A program made the translations under genes and the position numbers. From contig JANHCV010000004.1 in assembly GCA_025594325.1 (NCBI GenBank), positions 1,736,001-1,800,000 of the forward strand: a stretch of 64,000 bases of DNA, in the 5' to 3' direction. Positions 34,045 through 46,559 of this stretch are shown here, piece by piece. This DNA comes from Blastocladiella emersonii ATCC 22665 (taxonomy: Eukaryota; Fungi; Blastocladiomycota). Positions within the stretch are counted from its first letter, which is position 1; every line of letters starts with the position of its first letter. The notes below the pieces were generated by a model. It was given only the letters and a program-made list of their open reading frames with translations. It was not told the DNA's origin and did no database searches.

Positions 34045-34260
34045 CGTATAAATGTATTTTCTTTTCTCGCACGCGGCCATTCCGCCCTGATGGATCCGCG
34101 GCAGCGAGGCCAAGCGCGCGTCGCACATCTGCGCGTGACCAGCCACTTGCCTGATCCGGCGGGTCTCGACGTGCGCACGAGGAAACAGGGGTGCCGGTGG
34201 ACATCCTCGCCATCAAAATTCGAGTTGATTCCTCGTCACACAAGTGCGATCATGTATCTG

Positions 34261-36524
34261 CTACGTAGAACTACTCTCATCCGCCCAACTCGAATCCCCC
34301 GGCCGGTGCTCAAGCAGCAACGCGCGGATCGGCGCCACATAGCGCTCCACAGCGTCCGCGTCCATGTGCGGGAGCCGAGCAATCTCGGCCGCAAACGCCT
34401 CGGTGTCGAGCGCGATCTGCATGCGGATCTTGTCCTCGTCCGTGACCGCAGCCGCCCCACCCGTCGTCGCCACGGCGCCGCCGCCGGCGTGCCGCGCCTT
34501 GGCCATCTTGAGCCGCTTGAGCGACTCCTCGGTCTTCTTGAGCGTGGTGAGCAGCTCCGTGACGATCCCGAGGTACGTGTCGGTAGCGGACTGGACGACG
34601 GCCGGGACCACGTCGCGCCACACCGCATCCCCACCTTCCTCCACCTCCGCCAACGCGCGCGCGTCGTCGGTCGCCATGAGCTCAGCGACGTGCTTGAACG
34701 CGAGCGGCATAAACGACGAGGCCTCGGTCGGCGCGGCGCGGCCCGTGGCGCGGTACTGGCTCGCGACCGTTTTCGTGAGCCGGAGCACGGTCGCGCATCC
34801 CTCGGCGAGCTCGGTGGCGAGGTACGCGCGCCACGCGCGGACGAGCGGGTCGCCGCCCTTGGCGAGCAGCGGCGCGAGGCCCGCGGCGATGCTCGGGTGC
34901 TGCGCGACGAGCGGCGACGCGAGGATCGCGCGGTGCGTTTCGCCGAGCCCCGCGAGCCGCTGCAGCGCGTGTGCGCACGAGGTGACGGGTGCGGTGGTCA
35001 GGGCGAGGTGGTGGCGCAGGGCGAGCTGCGCGGCCAGCTTGTAGAAGCGGTGGACGAGCGCGGGGAGAAAGTCGGCGTGCATGCGGTCGAGCGCGGCGAT
35101 GACGGCGGGGCCCGCGTCGGCGCGCGGCTCGAGATCGGCCGTCACCTGGCGCGCAATCAGCTGGAAGTAGGTCTCGACGGGCCACTTGCGCATGAACTCG
35201 TGCAGCTCCGGGATCGCGGCGAGCTGGTCGGCGAGACCGAGCTCGTCGAGCATCGACCGGAAAAAGGTCACGGTCGCGACGTAGTTGCGGTGGAACGCCG
35301 TCGGGACCGCGGCGCTGAACGTCGCGGGCGTGGTCCCGCCCTCGAGCCCCTCGAGCAGGCGCAGCAGGACGTGGCGCGACAGGAGCTCGCGCTCGGCGGG
35401 CGGCGCCACGTCGCGCAGGTGCCGGAGCAGCGTGAGCGGGGCCTTGCTCAGCTCGCGCTCGACGGTGCGCAGGTACACGGGGATCTGGCGCTTCCCACCA
35501 CTACCGGCACCCGCGACGTCGCGCGCGGCGAGGAGGACCGGGTCGACGAGCCCCGTGATGTACCCGACGACGAGCTGCGACCACGCGTCGAGGTACAGGT
35601 AGGCGCGGGCGCACGCGTGGACCGTGGGGACATCACCGGCGCGGCCGGCGCGGAACTCGTCGAGCTGCGCGGTGAGGAGGGCGTGGGCGGACCGCTGGCA
35701 GATGGTGCGGACGACATCGAGGCGCGGGGCGAGGTTGGCGAGGAACGCGTACTGCGCGGCGGCGGGCTCGACGCTGGCGCGGAGGAGGGAGAGGAACAGG
35801 GAGACGCGCTCGAGCTGCGCCGGGTCGCGCACGTACAGCCGCTCCGTGTCCGGGATCACGGTGGCAGTGCTTACGCGGCGGTTGGTGCGCGGGTTGCGCG
35901 ACGCGGCGGCAGCTGCCTCGGACTGCGCGGCGGCAAAGTCGATGCCGACCAAGCGCTCGAGCCACTCGACTTTGCGGTGCGCGTCGAGGAAGAACTCGAG
36001 CAGTTTCTACGCGGGTTGCAGGAGGTCAGTCGACGGCGCAGGCTGAGGGTAGGGACGGGACGCACCTTGTGGTGGCGAATGCGCTCGAGCTGCGCCAGCT
36101 TGGCCGAGTACGCGCCGCTCTCGGCGGTAGCCGTGTCCGCGAGGCTCTACAAGTGGGCTGCCGTCAACACCCACCGTGGGACCGCTCATGCGCACGCAAA
36201 CGGAACGCGTACCGCGGCATCATCCTGCAGGGCGCGCAGCGGCTCGCGCGTGTCCTGCAGCCACTTTGGCGTGTCCTGGAGCGCCTTGATGGCGGCCTGG
36301 TACCTCTACTCGTTCCCGAGCGCCCACGCGGCGCAGGCTGGGTGTGTCAACACGGCAAGGGCAAGTCAGGATCCGCACGATCCCCCAACGGTTGGAGCAG
36401 CGGGGAGGCGGGCGAGAGAACGCACCTCGTAGTGCGCGTTGATGGTCAGCACGATGCGCGACCGGACCTCGGCCTTTTGCCGCGACAGGTCGGCCTTGAG
36501 GTTCCGCAGCACCTTGTCGTCCAT
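34261..36524 (-). CDS. COG2: Conserved oligomeric Golgi complex subunit 2, multi-exon; 5' end approximate
   Basis: LRNLKADL..IVLTINAHYE; FMRKWPVETYFQL; ELLTTLKKTEESLKRLK..DEDKIRMQIALD. Confidence 0.85.
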
Positions 36525-37049
36525 CTGGGGCTGCTAGTGCGCGTTGCGGCGAGTCGGGCCGGCGCGCTCCGAGTACATGGGCGAGGTGGGGGTGGGCGAA
36601 GGAGGGGCAGAGGCGGACCGGTCGCGTCGTTCACGGCGGCGGCGAAGCGAAGAGGCGGCGCCCACCGAGGCGGGTCGCGCGCGCACGTGGCGCAGCATGA
36701 GGAGCAGGAGAGGCTGGGAGACAGCCGGCCGGGTCCTTCTCCCTCTCCTCCCCCCCTCTCTAGTCCCCGCAGCCGTTTGGCCTCCACGAAGCTTCGATCG
36801 CATCGCCGCGCTGCTCTCCCATCGCGCCCGAAACCGGCCCCCGCAACGAGTGATCACCCTTTCATCACACTCGCCGCTGCCGCCGAAAAGTCTCCCGCTC
36901 GCCCCGCGGCCAGCGTCACCACCACCCACTCGATAGACGACCATAGACGACTACGCTCCGATCTCTCGGCAGCACCACCACCTACCACGACGGCTACTCG
37001 CTCCGCCATCTCGGCCGTAACCCCCACCGACTCGCGACCCATCACCGCC

Positions 37050-39413
37050 ATGCCCGAGGACTCGACGGCCGCCCCGACGGGCTACCCGCTGTGCACGCTG
37101 AGCGACGGCTCGATTGTCGTCGAGCCCATGCGCCCGCCGCGCCCCTCGGCGTTTTGGTCGCAGGTCGCCGCCACGGCCTCGGCCTCGGTCACGGCGCGTT
37201 CCCCACCATCGACTGCGCCGCCAGCCACGGGGCCCGCGTCACCCTCAACGCTGGGCCTCTCATCGCCCGCCGCTGGCGCCGATCCGGCGACACCGTCGCG
37301 CGCCGCGCCGTCCCCGTCGCCCTCGCACACGCTCGTGTTCCGCGGCGGACACTCGGCCGAGTGCCGGCTCGAGGTGAAGCTGGACGAGTACGGGTCGGAC
37401 CACCGGTCCATGGTCATGGAGCGCACGCACCACGGCCTGCTGGGCGTGCACGATCTCGGGTTCGCCAAGTACCTCTTCTACGTGTCCTCGGCGCGCGTCG
37501 TGGCCGAGGTCGCGGGGGCTCGCATCTACCGCGCCGACACCGTCGACGCCGTCCCCGTCCAGGCCGCCATGTACCGGTCCATGGCCGAGGAGCAGTGGGA
37601 GGCCGCGTCCGTCGCGCGCCTGCTCCACTTCTTCAACGAGTTCCACTTCTTTTACTCGCGCGAGATGGACCTCACGCGGTCGCTGCAGTCGCAGCTCGAC
37701 TCGCCCCGTGCTGCGCCACCAACGGCTACCGCGTCGCTCCTCGCCAGCAACTGGGACTTTTTGATCAACCGCGAGCTCCTCGCCGCCCCGCTCGCCCAGT
37801 TCCCGAACCACCTCGGCCACTTTTTCGTCGGCCTGATCGCCGGCTCCGTCGGGCACTCGGTCGCCCGCCTGCCCAGCTCGCTCGGCATGACGGCGACGGC
37901 GGCCGCGGTAGCAGCGCCTTCGACGCTCACGACCACGGTCATCTCGCGCGTCCACACCCGCCGCGTCGGCCGCCGCTACTACTCGCGCGGCATGGCTCCC
38001 GTCACCGTCGCCACGCGGCGCCGCGGGTCACGCACCTCCACCAGCTCTTCAGACCCGCTCCCGTCCGCCGCGTCCGACTCGGCAGCCGCCGCCCTGACCG
38101 GGTGCAGCAACGCGGCCGAGACCGAGACCCTGCTCGTCGTCTCCACCCCCACCTCCTCGGCCCCATCCGCCGTCTCCTCGCACCTGCAATGGCGCGGGTC
38201 CGTCCCGCTCGTGTGGACGCAGGCGCCCGAGGACATGGAGTGGAAGCCGCGCGTGCACGTCGCGGCCCTGCACAGCGCCGCCGACCCGAGCCCGCTGACC
38301 CGGTACCTGCGCGCGTGGGCGCCGCTTGTCCCGCGGTCGGCAACGGTCGTCGTCCTCGACCTCCTCGATCGCGGGTACACGGTCGAGCGCGCGTTGTCGG
38401 AGACGTTCGAGCAGGCGTGTCGCGAGTACGCGGCCGAGGCTGAGATGCGCGAGGATGCGGGTAGGGATGGGGGTGTGAGTGTCGAGTACCACAACCTCCC
38501 CATCTGCGACCGACGCAGGCACTGCTACGCGGCCGCGCAGAAGGTGCTCGACGGGCACGCGGCGATCACGACTGCGACCACGGTGCTGCGCCGCGCCGCC
38601 GCCGTCGCGGCCAAGGACGCGCGCCGACCGAGCGAGACCGTGGCCGCCGCTCTGTCGACGCCGCCCGCGACTCCGCCCCCCTCGCCGCCCGCCCCGCTCG
38701 CCCTCATCGAGTCGCAATCGGCCGTGGTCCGCACCAACTGCCTCGACTCGACGGACCGGACCAACCTGACGCAGTACATGCTGGCCGAGGTGGCGCTCGA
38801 GCACCAGCTCGCGTCGCTCGGGCTCCCGCCGCACCTGCACGCCGCGCTGCTCCCGTCCCTGCAAACGCTGTGGATCGCGCACGGCCACGCCCTCGCCAAG
38901 CTGTACGTCGGGACCGACGCCGTGCACCAGCACCTGATCCGGCCACCACCACCAACACCCTCGCCAGCGGGCGGCAAGCGGTCGTCGCTGACCTGTATGG
39001 CCGCGGCATGGCGCGCCGAGTGGGCCACGGCCGCGACGCTGCTGCGCCGCCAGTACTGCAACCACTTTGTCGACCCGCTGGTCCAGGACGCGGCCGAGGA
39101 GCTGCTCGCGCCGCGCCGGCCCTCCCCTTCAACCGCCGCCACCTCCACCATCGCCCCGCACCTCGCCCTGCAACGACGCCTGTCCATGGCCGAGTGCGAC
39201 CTGCCCGTGGCCGGGTTCGCGTTTGTGTTCCTGCGGAAACACCTCGCGCCCGTGCGCGTCGACGGGCTGCCCCGGCTCGCCCTGTGCTTTGTGTGGATGT
39301 CCGCCGCGCGCGTCGTTAGGTGGTGGCTCGGCGGCGCGCAGGGCATGTTTCGTCGGCCAAGGAGCATGGCCGCGGCCGCGGTGTCGCCGGGCGGCCGTGG
39401 GTCGAGGCCATGA
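37050..39413 (+). CDS. SAC1-like phosphoinositide phosphatase with C-terminal hydrophobic segments
   Basis: FYSREMDLTRSLQ, ISRVHTRRVGRRYYSRG, CSNAAETE, WRGSVPLVWTQ, VRTNCLDSTDRTN. Confidence 0.85.
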   Translation: MPEDSTAAPTGYPLCTLSDGSIVVEPMRPPRPSAFWSQVAATASASVTARSPPSTAPPATGPASPSTLGLSSPAAGADPATPSRAAPSPSPSHTLVFRGGHSAECRLEVKLDEYGSDHRSMVMERTHHGLLGVHDLGFAKYLFYVSSARVVAEVAGARIYRADTVDAVPVQAAMYRSMAEEQWEAASVARLLHFFNEFHFFYSREMDLTRSLQSQLDSPRAAPPTATASLLASNWDFLINRELLAAPLAQFPNHLGHFFVGLIAGSVGHSVARLPSSLGMTATAAAVAAPSTLTTTVISRVHTRRVGRRYYSRGMAPVTVATRRRGSRTSTSSSDPLPSAASDSAAAALTGCSNAAETETLLVVSTPTSSAPSAVSSHLQWRGSVPLVWTQAPEDMEWKPRVHVAALHSAADPSPLTRYLRAWAPLVPRSATVVVLDLLDRGYTVERALSETFEQACREYAAEAEMREDAGRDGGVSVEYHNLPICDRRRHCYAAAQKVLDGHAAITTATTVLRRAAAVAAKDARRPSETVAAALSTPPATPPPSPPAPLALIESQSAVVRTNCLDSTDRTNLTQYMLAEVALEHQLASLGLPPHLHAALLPSLQTLWIAHGHALAKLYVGTDAVHQHLIRPPPPTPSPAGGKRSSLTCMAAAWRAEWATAATLLRRQYCNHFVDPLVQDAAEELLAPRRPSPSTAATSTIAPHLALQRRLSMAECDLPVAGFAFVFLRKHLAPVRVDGLPRLALCFVWMSAARVVRWWLGGAQGMFRRPRSMAAAAVSPGGRGSRP

Positions 39414-39696
39414 ACGATGAGATGAATACAACGGTTTTGGTTCCCTCGGACCTTCGACCACTGAGATGAGCGACGCGTCCTTGCACGCGCGCCGATGAGT
39501 CTCGCGTCCTCTAAAAACGTTCAGGATCCCCGTGAGCACTCACGATCCCGAGTCTCTCAAAGCATGTTGACAGGAACACAGTATAGTCAAGCAAATTCGA
39601 GGGCGCGCACGAGGACGACACTCGCAATCAGACAGAGAGGAGAGCAGCAAATCCCTAGGGCCCGTCAGAGCGGCGCAATCGTATTGTTTGCATTGC

Positions 39697-40741
39697 TTAG
39701 ATGAGGACAACGGCACCACCGGCGGCCTTGATCTTCTGCTCGGCGCGCTTGGAGACCTCGCGGGTCTTGACGATGAGGGGCTGCTGGGGCAGGAAACCGC
39801 CGCCGAGCACCTTGCCGTAGCCGGCGTTCAGGGCGTTGATGACGGGGGCGACGTCGGTCTTGCCGGCGAACTCCTCGCGCACCTCCTCGCCGACGAGCGA
39901 CCACAGCTTCTCGACGTTGACCGACGGGCGCCAGTACTTGTTCTTGTTCAGGCCAAAGTAGCGCATACCGACCTTACCGAAGTAACCGGGATGGTACTTG
40001 TCCATGTTGATACGGTGGTGGTGCTGGCCACCAGCGAGACCGCGACCACCGGGGTGCTTGCGGTGCTTGCCAACACGACCGTGACCGGCCGAGACGTGGC
40101 CACGAAGCTTGCGGGTCTTGCTGAAGCGGGTCGGCTACGGACGCGGCGACGGGGCGCAAGTCAGCGACAGGGCGTCACACGAGCAGGGTTTTCGGGCAGA
40201 GCTCCGCGACACGACAAACGACAGCGAGCGACGACTCGGCGAAAACGGCGGCGACACGCCCGCACGGCGCCAGCCCGACACGCAGCATTACCACCACGCC
40301 TGGCAACCAGACGCACGGCGAGATGGCAAGCAGCATTGGCCACCAGAGGCGGATTTTGATGCGGCCGCGCAAATTTCGGGCATAGTGCCGGCAAGCGCGC
40401 TGGTAGCATCAGCCATCCATCCGTCCGACGGCCTGCGGGTCGGCCGCGGGCAGTCACGGCGACGTAACCGCCGCGCAGCTTTTCGCCCTAGTGAGCAAAA
40501 CGAGCTGTCGGCGGGTAACGAGGAGAGTGCTGCGTGCGCGGCAGTTGGACGATGGCGAGTGAGGTGCTGCGTGGATGGATGGCCGTGTGCAGCCGGCGAG
40601 TGGTGTGGCGTCGGGGGTGAAATGCGCGAGTTGACGGGCGGGCAGCCGTCCGGGCGGTGTCGTTGCCGCCCGTTGCCGCCGCTACCGCGGTCGTCGTCGT
40701 GTTGCGCAGTCGCGCGAGATGCATGGGGGGATCGTCACCAT
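39697..40741 (-). CDS. RPL28: 60S ribosomal protein uL15 (L28/L27a); exon 1 is ATG only, intron 40135-40738
   Basis: [51 protein letters not shown]. Confidence 0.95.
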
Positions 40742-40966
40742 TTCGGTAGATGGTACGTTGACCGAGAGAAAGTCGAGGCGTTGTCGTCGCTCGCTGATCT
40801 GATCCGTCGCTCGACTTGCAAAAGTGAGTGGCGCACACACGTGTGTGGCGCTCAGCCACACCTCTCCCAGCTCGTCTCCGCCGCCTTGGTCTCGCCCCGC
40901 TCCTCGCCACCTCCCTTGCCCCTTCGCACTCACGCGTCTTTCTGGGCACTGAGTGTATTCAACAAG

Positions 40967-41233
40967 TTACTGAGCAGGCACCACGTCCGTGAGCAGCGTC
41001 ACATCGACGGCGTCGTGGACGGGCGAGAGGAGAATCTCCTGGGCAAAGTGGACCACCTTGCGCTTCTTGGCGGCCTTGAGCGTGCCGAGCAGGCCCTCGA
41101 GCGTGTTGGCGATCAGGTCGTCGTGCACCAGCTGGCCGTACTTGACCACCACCTTGCCGTCGGCCTGCGCCACGCCGAGCCGCTTGATGGACGCGACCAG
41201 AAACTCGATCTCTTGCGTGACGGGGACGGTCAT
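40967..41233 (-). CDS. ABRACL: Costars/ABRACL family small actin regulator
   Basis: EIEFLVASIKRLG..DGKVVVKYGQLVHDD..ANTLEGLLGTLKAAKKRKVVHF..EILL..VHDAVDVTLL. Confidence 0.9.
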   Translation of the reverse strand: MTVPVTQEIEFLVASIKRLGVAQADGKVVVKYGQLVHDDLIANTLEGLLGTLKAAKKRKVVHFAQEILLSPVHDAVDVTLLTDVVPAQ

Positions 41234-41476
41234 CTGTGTGAAGAGACGGTCGATCAGCTACGGCAACGTGAGCGTCACGATGGATTGGACCTTGATGGGT
41301 TGCTGCAAGTTGCGTGAGAAGCGATGCGCGAGGGGCGGACTGAGGGGCAGCCAGCAGAGATGAGCGACGCGACGCCGCTGCGACAAGTCCGCACTGGCTG
41401 GGCGGCGGCGCCTTTGACTTTTGAGCCCGCCCTCGCTCGCCCTCCCTCTCTCTCTCCCCGTAACCAACCCGAAACC

Positions 41477-42303
41477 ATGGAACTGAAAACGCGCCTCGAG
41501 AACCCGCACCCCGTGCCCAACGTCACCAACGTGTCGCGCCCGGAGCCGCTCAAGTGGCTCGGCCTGCAGGCGCTCGAGTACGCGGTGCCGGGCGCCGACG
41601 ACGGCAAGGTCCGCCACTGGGAGTCCGTGTACCGCACGCAGCACGGGCTCGCCGTCGAGCACGACGGGCCGGGTCATCCGCGCGGTGTCGTCGACGGTGC
41701 GCTGTGCTCTCCCCCTCGCAGCGACCCGCGTTCTCACTCGCCGCGCGGTGTAGCGACCGACATCATCGCCGTGACGCGCTCGACGGTCCGCCCCGCTCTC
41801 GACCGCTGCGTGGTGGTGGTGATGCAGTACCGCCCCGCGGTGAACGCGTTCACGCTCGAGTTCCCTGCCGGGTGCATCGACAAGAACGAGACGAGCGCCG
41901 TGGCGTCGGCCGTGCGCGAGCTCAAGGAGGAGACGGGTCTGACGGCGAGCAACGTGCGCGTCGAGTACAAGATGACGTACGAGCCCGGAATCACCAGCTC
42001 GTGCGGGCTCGTCGTCTCGTGCGACGTGGACATGGACGCACCCGAGAACGACAAGCCCGAGCCGGAGCTCGAGGACGACGAGTTTAGCCTGCAGACGTTC
42101 TTCTTGCCGCTCGCGACGTTGCCCGAGGCGATTCAGGGTACGTCCACTCGCGCGTTGCGCGCGCCGTGTGTGCTCGAGCGGAAGGCTCACGCGCACGAGT
42201 CTTCCATGTAGAGTTCACGGCCAAGCACGACTACGTCATTGTCGACTCGCGGCTCGGCGCGTTTGCCCTCGCGCTGCAGATGCAGAAGCGGCTCGGACTG
42301 TGA
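41477..42303 (+). CDS. Nudix hydrolase, ADP-ribose pyrophosphatase-like (NUDT5/YSA1), 3 exons
   Basis: QYRPAVNAFTLEFPAGCIDKNE..AVRELKEETG. Confidence 0.9.
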
Positions 42304-42345
42304 GACGAGTAATGAAGCGTTTTTGAGCGGCAAAACATTGATAGT

Positions 42346-43194
42346 CTAGTGAAGGAAGCGCATGTACGCTGAACACGATCCGAAAGTTAGCCGATCCATC
42401 GCGAGAGCGAGCACAACGCAAAAGCGTACCCAGCACCAACCCTCCCGCAGCCGTGAGCGTGCCGACGACGTTGCGGATGATCTCGTACTTGATCGACTCG
42501 AGCTGGGTGCGGATATTGGCGATCTCGGTCTCGATGCGTGCGTCGGCCTCGCGGATCTTGGTCTCCTGGATCGATGTCTCGTCGCGGATCCGGCCCTTCT
42601 CGAGGTTCATGTCGAGCCGCACGCCCGCCTGCAGCCGGTTCGTCTCCTCGCGCATCTTCTGCTTGAGCTTGTCGAGCTCGGCCGTCAGCCGCTCCGTCTC
42701 GCTGCGCAGGATCGCAAAGTCGTTCTTCTCCAGCATCTTGATCTCCGACTTGAGCGCCGTGAAGTCGACCTTGTACATGTGCACGTTCTGGACGCCGCAT
42801 CATCGTCGTCAGCCGTCTGCCGTCCCGCGGGATCGACATGCGCGCACGTACCTTCTCCTGGTCGCCTTTGGTCACCATCGTCGACTTGAGATTCGCCATA
42901 CTACGCCCGCACACCTCGCGTCAGCTCCCCATCTCAACCCACAACATCGACATCGAACCTCTCACTGATCACCTCGAGAAACGACTGCATGATGGCCTCG
43001 GACTGCTCGCGGCTGAACCCCTCCTGCTCGAGCCGCTGCACAAACTTGTACGTGTCGAATGTTGGCGGCGGCGTCGACAGGTACCGGCGGCCCGCGACGG
43101 TCGCGGCGCCGGGCGCTGCGAGCGCAGCCGGTGCGGCGAAGCGAGAGAGTGGAGACAGCCGCGTTGCGGCGAGTTGCATGCGAGCGAGATTCAT
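42346..43194 (-). CDS. DUF1640 mitochondrial coiled-coil protein (CCDC90/FMP32-like), 4 exons
   Basis: FDTYKFVQRLEQEGFSREQSEAIM; GVRLDMNLEKGRIRD; C-terminal TM. Confidence 0.9.
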
Positions 43195-43412
43195 GGTTCC
43201 TAGTGTGCAGATGAGGGGTGCGAGAGCGAGGGCCAGCGCGCTTGTGGTGGTGGTGGGTGGCTCACCGCGGCACGAGGCGGCGCAACACGCTCGCGTCGTT
43301 GAGCAACAAGTCCACGCCGTTCAATCAGGGGGGCTGGTTCAATGATGGATGGGAAAAACGACACATGTATCAAAAAGCAAACCTGCGGCCGCGACCCGAG
43401 CAGCGAGGCCGA

Positions 43413-46194
43413 CTACTCCTTGTCCTCCTCCATGTATTCTGGGTTCTTCTTGATGATGACGAGGCCCTCGACCACTGGCGCCAGCGGCAGGTCTACACGT
43501 TGCGAGCGCAGCAGGAGGTGAGCGATCGGCTGAAAACCCGCGCACCACCCACAAAGAAAATGTACACTCTTCGGTCGCGAGCTCGGCGCGCTCGCCGTAC
43601 GCCATGAGCACGGGGGTGTTGTGGGTCTGGAAGCCCGTAATGGTCTTGGGGCGGCCGGCCTGGCCAACGACATCGACGGCCTGGCCGACGCGCACGGACG
43701 TGACCTTGGTCTTGAGCTCCTCGTCGAGCGTGAGCAGCATGCGCGGGTACATGGCCGAGGCGAGGTGGTACAGGAGCCAGTGCGACTTGCCGAGCACCGT
43801 GTTCTTGGCGTCGGTCATGGCCGTGAGCACCGTGAGCAGGCCCGAGATGGCGACGCGGGACAGGAGCGACCGGTCCGTGTGGTACGGGTTGAGCCCGATG
43901 GTGCCCTTGCCCATGTGCACCATGCCCTGCGCGACGCGCACCATGAACAGGCAGTTGGCGTCCTTGTTGTAGTACGACGCGAGCTGGCGGAGCATCTGCG
44001 CCAGGCGCGCGTTGTTGGTACCCGCGCCGACGATGCCCATGGCGAAGATGGCGTTGACGGCCGTGTCCTGGTCGTGGTCGTGCGAGTACTTGGACAGCGT
44101 GTCGAGGACCGTGACCACGGGGTTGGACGCGCACTGGAGCGCGATGGCGAGGGGCACCGCCTTGCGGATGGCGGGGGCGCCGTAGTGCATGAGGTGGTTG
44201 TAGGTGCGCAGCGTCATCTCGGCGCCAATGTCCTCGCCCATGGCGATCAGGCTGATGCCGAGCACCGCGTACGCCTGCCACTCGGCGGCCACCTCCTGGT
44301 CCTTGTCGTTGGTGAACTGCTCGCCGCACAGCCGCGTCATGGCCTGCACCTTGAGCACGTTGCCCGTGCCCGCGTACGCGCACGCCTCGACCAGCACCTG
44401 CCACGGCTTGCTCGCGGGCGACTCGATGGCCTTGAGCGTCTCGAGCGTCGCCTCGCACGCCTCCTGCTTGCCGAGGTACAGCAGCGCGAGCCCGAGCCCC
44501 ATGAACTTGGACTTGGGCTTGGCCTCGGGGGACTCCATGAGCACCTGCAGGATCTGCGACGTCACCTCGCCGTCGCACGTGCCGGCCTGCACCATGCCGA
44601 GCGCGAGCGCCGCCGTGCAGCTCACCTCGCTCTGGTCGGTCACGAGCGGCGACAGCAGCTCGACAATCTCGGCACGGGCCGACCCGGCGTACGCGATGCC
44701 GAGGCCCGAGATGGCCGCGAGGCGAGTGGCAAGCGACCCGGCATCGCCCAGGTGCTCCGAGAGGAGGGCCATGGCGGGCTCGTTCTCGTCCTTGACGTTG
44801 GCCGAGACGATGCCGATGGAGAGCAGGGCGCCGGCCTTGACGTGCTCCTCGTTGCTGTACAGGTACTTGTCGATCTCGGTGAGCCCCTGCTGCACGTCCC
44901 ACAGGAGCAGCATGCCGAGCGAGGCGGTGGCCGACTGCATGGCGTGGTCCTTGTTCTTGTAGATCCACTGGTTGTCCTCGACCAGCATGAGCTTGTCCTT
45001 GCCGAAGCCCGCGTTGACAAAGGCGTTGACGAGCGAGGAGGCCAGGTTGAGCTTGGCGCTGTCCATGCTGCCGTACGACCCGCGCGTCTCGAGGTGGGTC
45101 TTGTAGATGTCCTCGGGGGTCTTGGGGTCCATGATGCCGAGCTCGCGCGCGAGGCTGAGGAAGTACTCGGACAGCTTGGTGTTGGACAGGATCTCCTGCT
45201 CGGTCTCGTCCTTGGTCTCGACGGCCACGGCGTGGCGGGCGAGGAGGAAGGCGAGCTGCTTGCGCAGGGCGGGGTCGGTGCACGCGTCGAAATCGTTCTG
45301 GATCAGCGTCTTGTCGTCGAGGCGCATGGCGAGGTTGATGGCCTCGGGCAGCTTGTTGACGTTGCGGTAGATCTGGTGGGCGGCGCGCAGGACCGTCTCG
45401 TCCTCGGGGTAGGGGAGGTAGGGGACGCACGAGACCATGTAGAGGCCGACGCGGGTGTACGAGTTGACGTCGACGTGCGGCACGATGCGGTCAATGACCT
45501 CGAGCTCGAGCAGCAGGTCGACGGCGTCAGCCTCGGCATTGTGCTTGAGGAAGAAGGGGGTGATCTGCTCGGCGAGGGCGATCAGCTCGTCGGTTGGCCG
45601 CGGGCCGTCGTCGGCGGCGATGCGGATGTTGTACTCCTCGCCAATCTCGGCGGCGAGGTGGCGCACGTACTCGTGGCCCCACGACCCGAGGTCGGTCGAG
45701 GTGCCGAGCAGGCGGTACTTGATCGAGTCGCGCACGCCCTCCTCGGCGTAGGTCATGCCGAGCACCGACAGCACGTCGGCGAGAAAGGCCTTGTCCTCGG
45801 ACGGGGCCCACTGCTCGTAGATGGCCTTGAGGCCCGGGTAGTGCGGGCGCAGGAACTTGAGCGGCTTCGGGACCGAGGTCATGGAGCTGGTCGAGGTGCG
45901 GATCAGCGTGCGCAGCGACTCGAGCGAGGGCCGGTAGAGGGCCGTGTTGGACTCCTGGTTGATAAGGGAGAGGGTGAGCGACCGTTGGAGAGCGCGCTCC
46001 CAGCGAAAAGAGCGTACCGAGAGGCGCTGGACCAGCATGTCGAGCTCGTTCTTGAGATGCAGGTCCTCGTCGCTGAGGTCCTCGTTGGCGGCGGCGTCGT
46101 CGAGCGGCTTCCCGCTGTCGACGTGCGGCTTGCGCTGCTCGGGCTGCGCGTCGTCCTTTTGGACCGGGTCGACGATGGCGGCCTCCTTGGTCAT
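43413..46194 (-). CDS. RPN1: 26S proteasome regulatory subunit RPN1/PSMD2
   Basis: IRTSTSSMTSVPKPLKFLRPHY; WGHEYVRHL; VRVGQAVDVVGQAGRPKTITGFQTHNTPV. Confidence 0.97.
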
Positions 46195-46559
46195 GGTTGG
46201 GTCAGGGATCGTTCGTTGATGCGTGTGCGCCGGGTCGGCGGGATGCGTCGCGTTCGTTGCGGGCAGCGTTCGATGGCGGGGGAGAGGCCAAAGGAGAGCA
46301 GGGCGGACGCGCCGGCCGACGCGCGCGGCGATGAACGTCACCACCGCGGAGCGATCACGCGCAGATGCACGGCGGGGGAACGTGATGCGTGACGGGCAAG
46401 GCATGCGCCTTCGCGACCGCGGCCAACGCGGCCCCCTCGACTCACTCCTCCTCCCAGCGCGATACCCGACCCCGCACCGGCCCTCGCACGGCCGCACTTG
46501 CTGCACCCGGCCCCTCTGCTACGCATCGACACTCTTCGTTCGTCAAGGGACCACGCACC

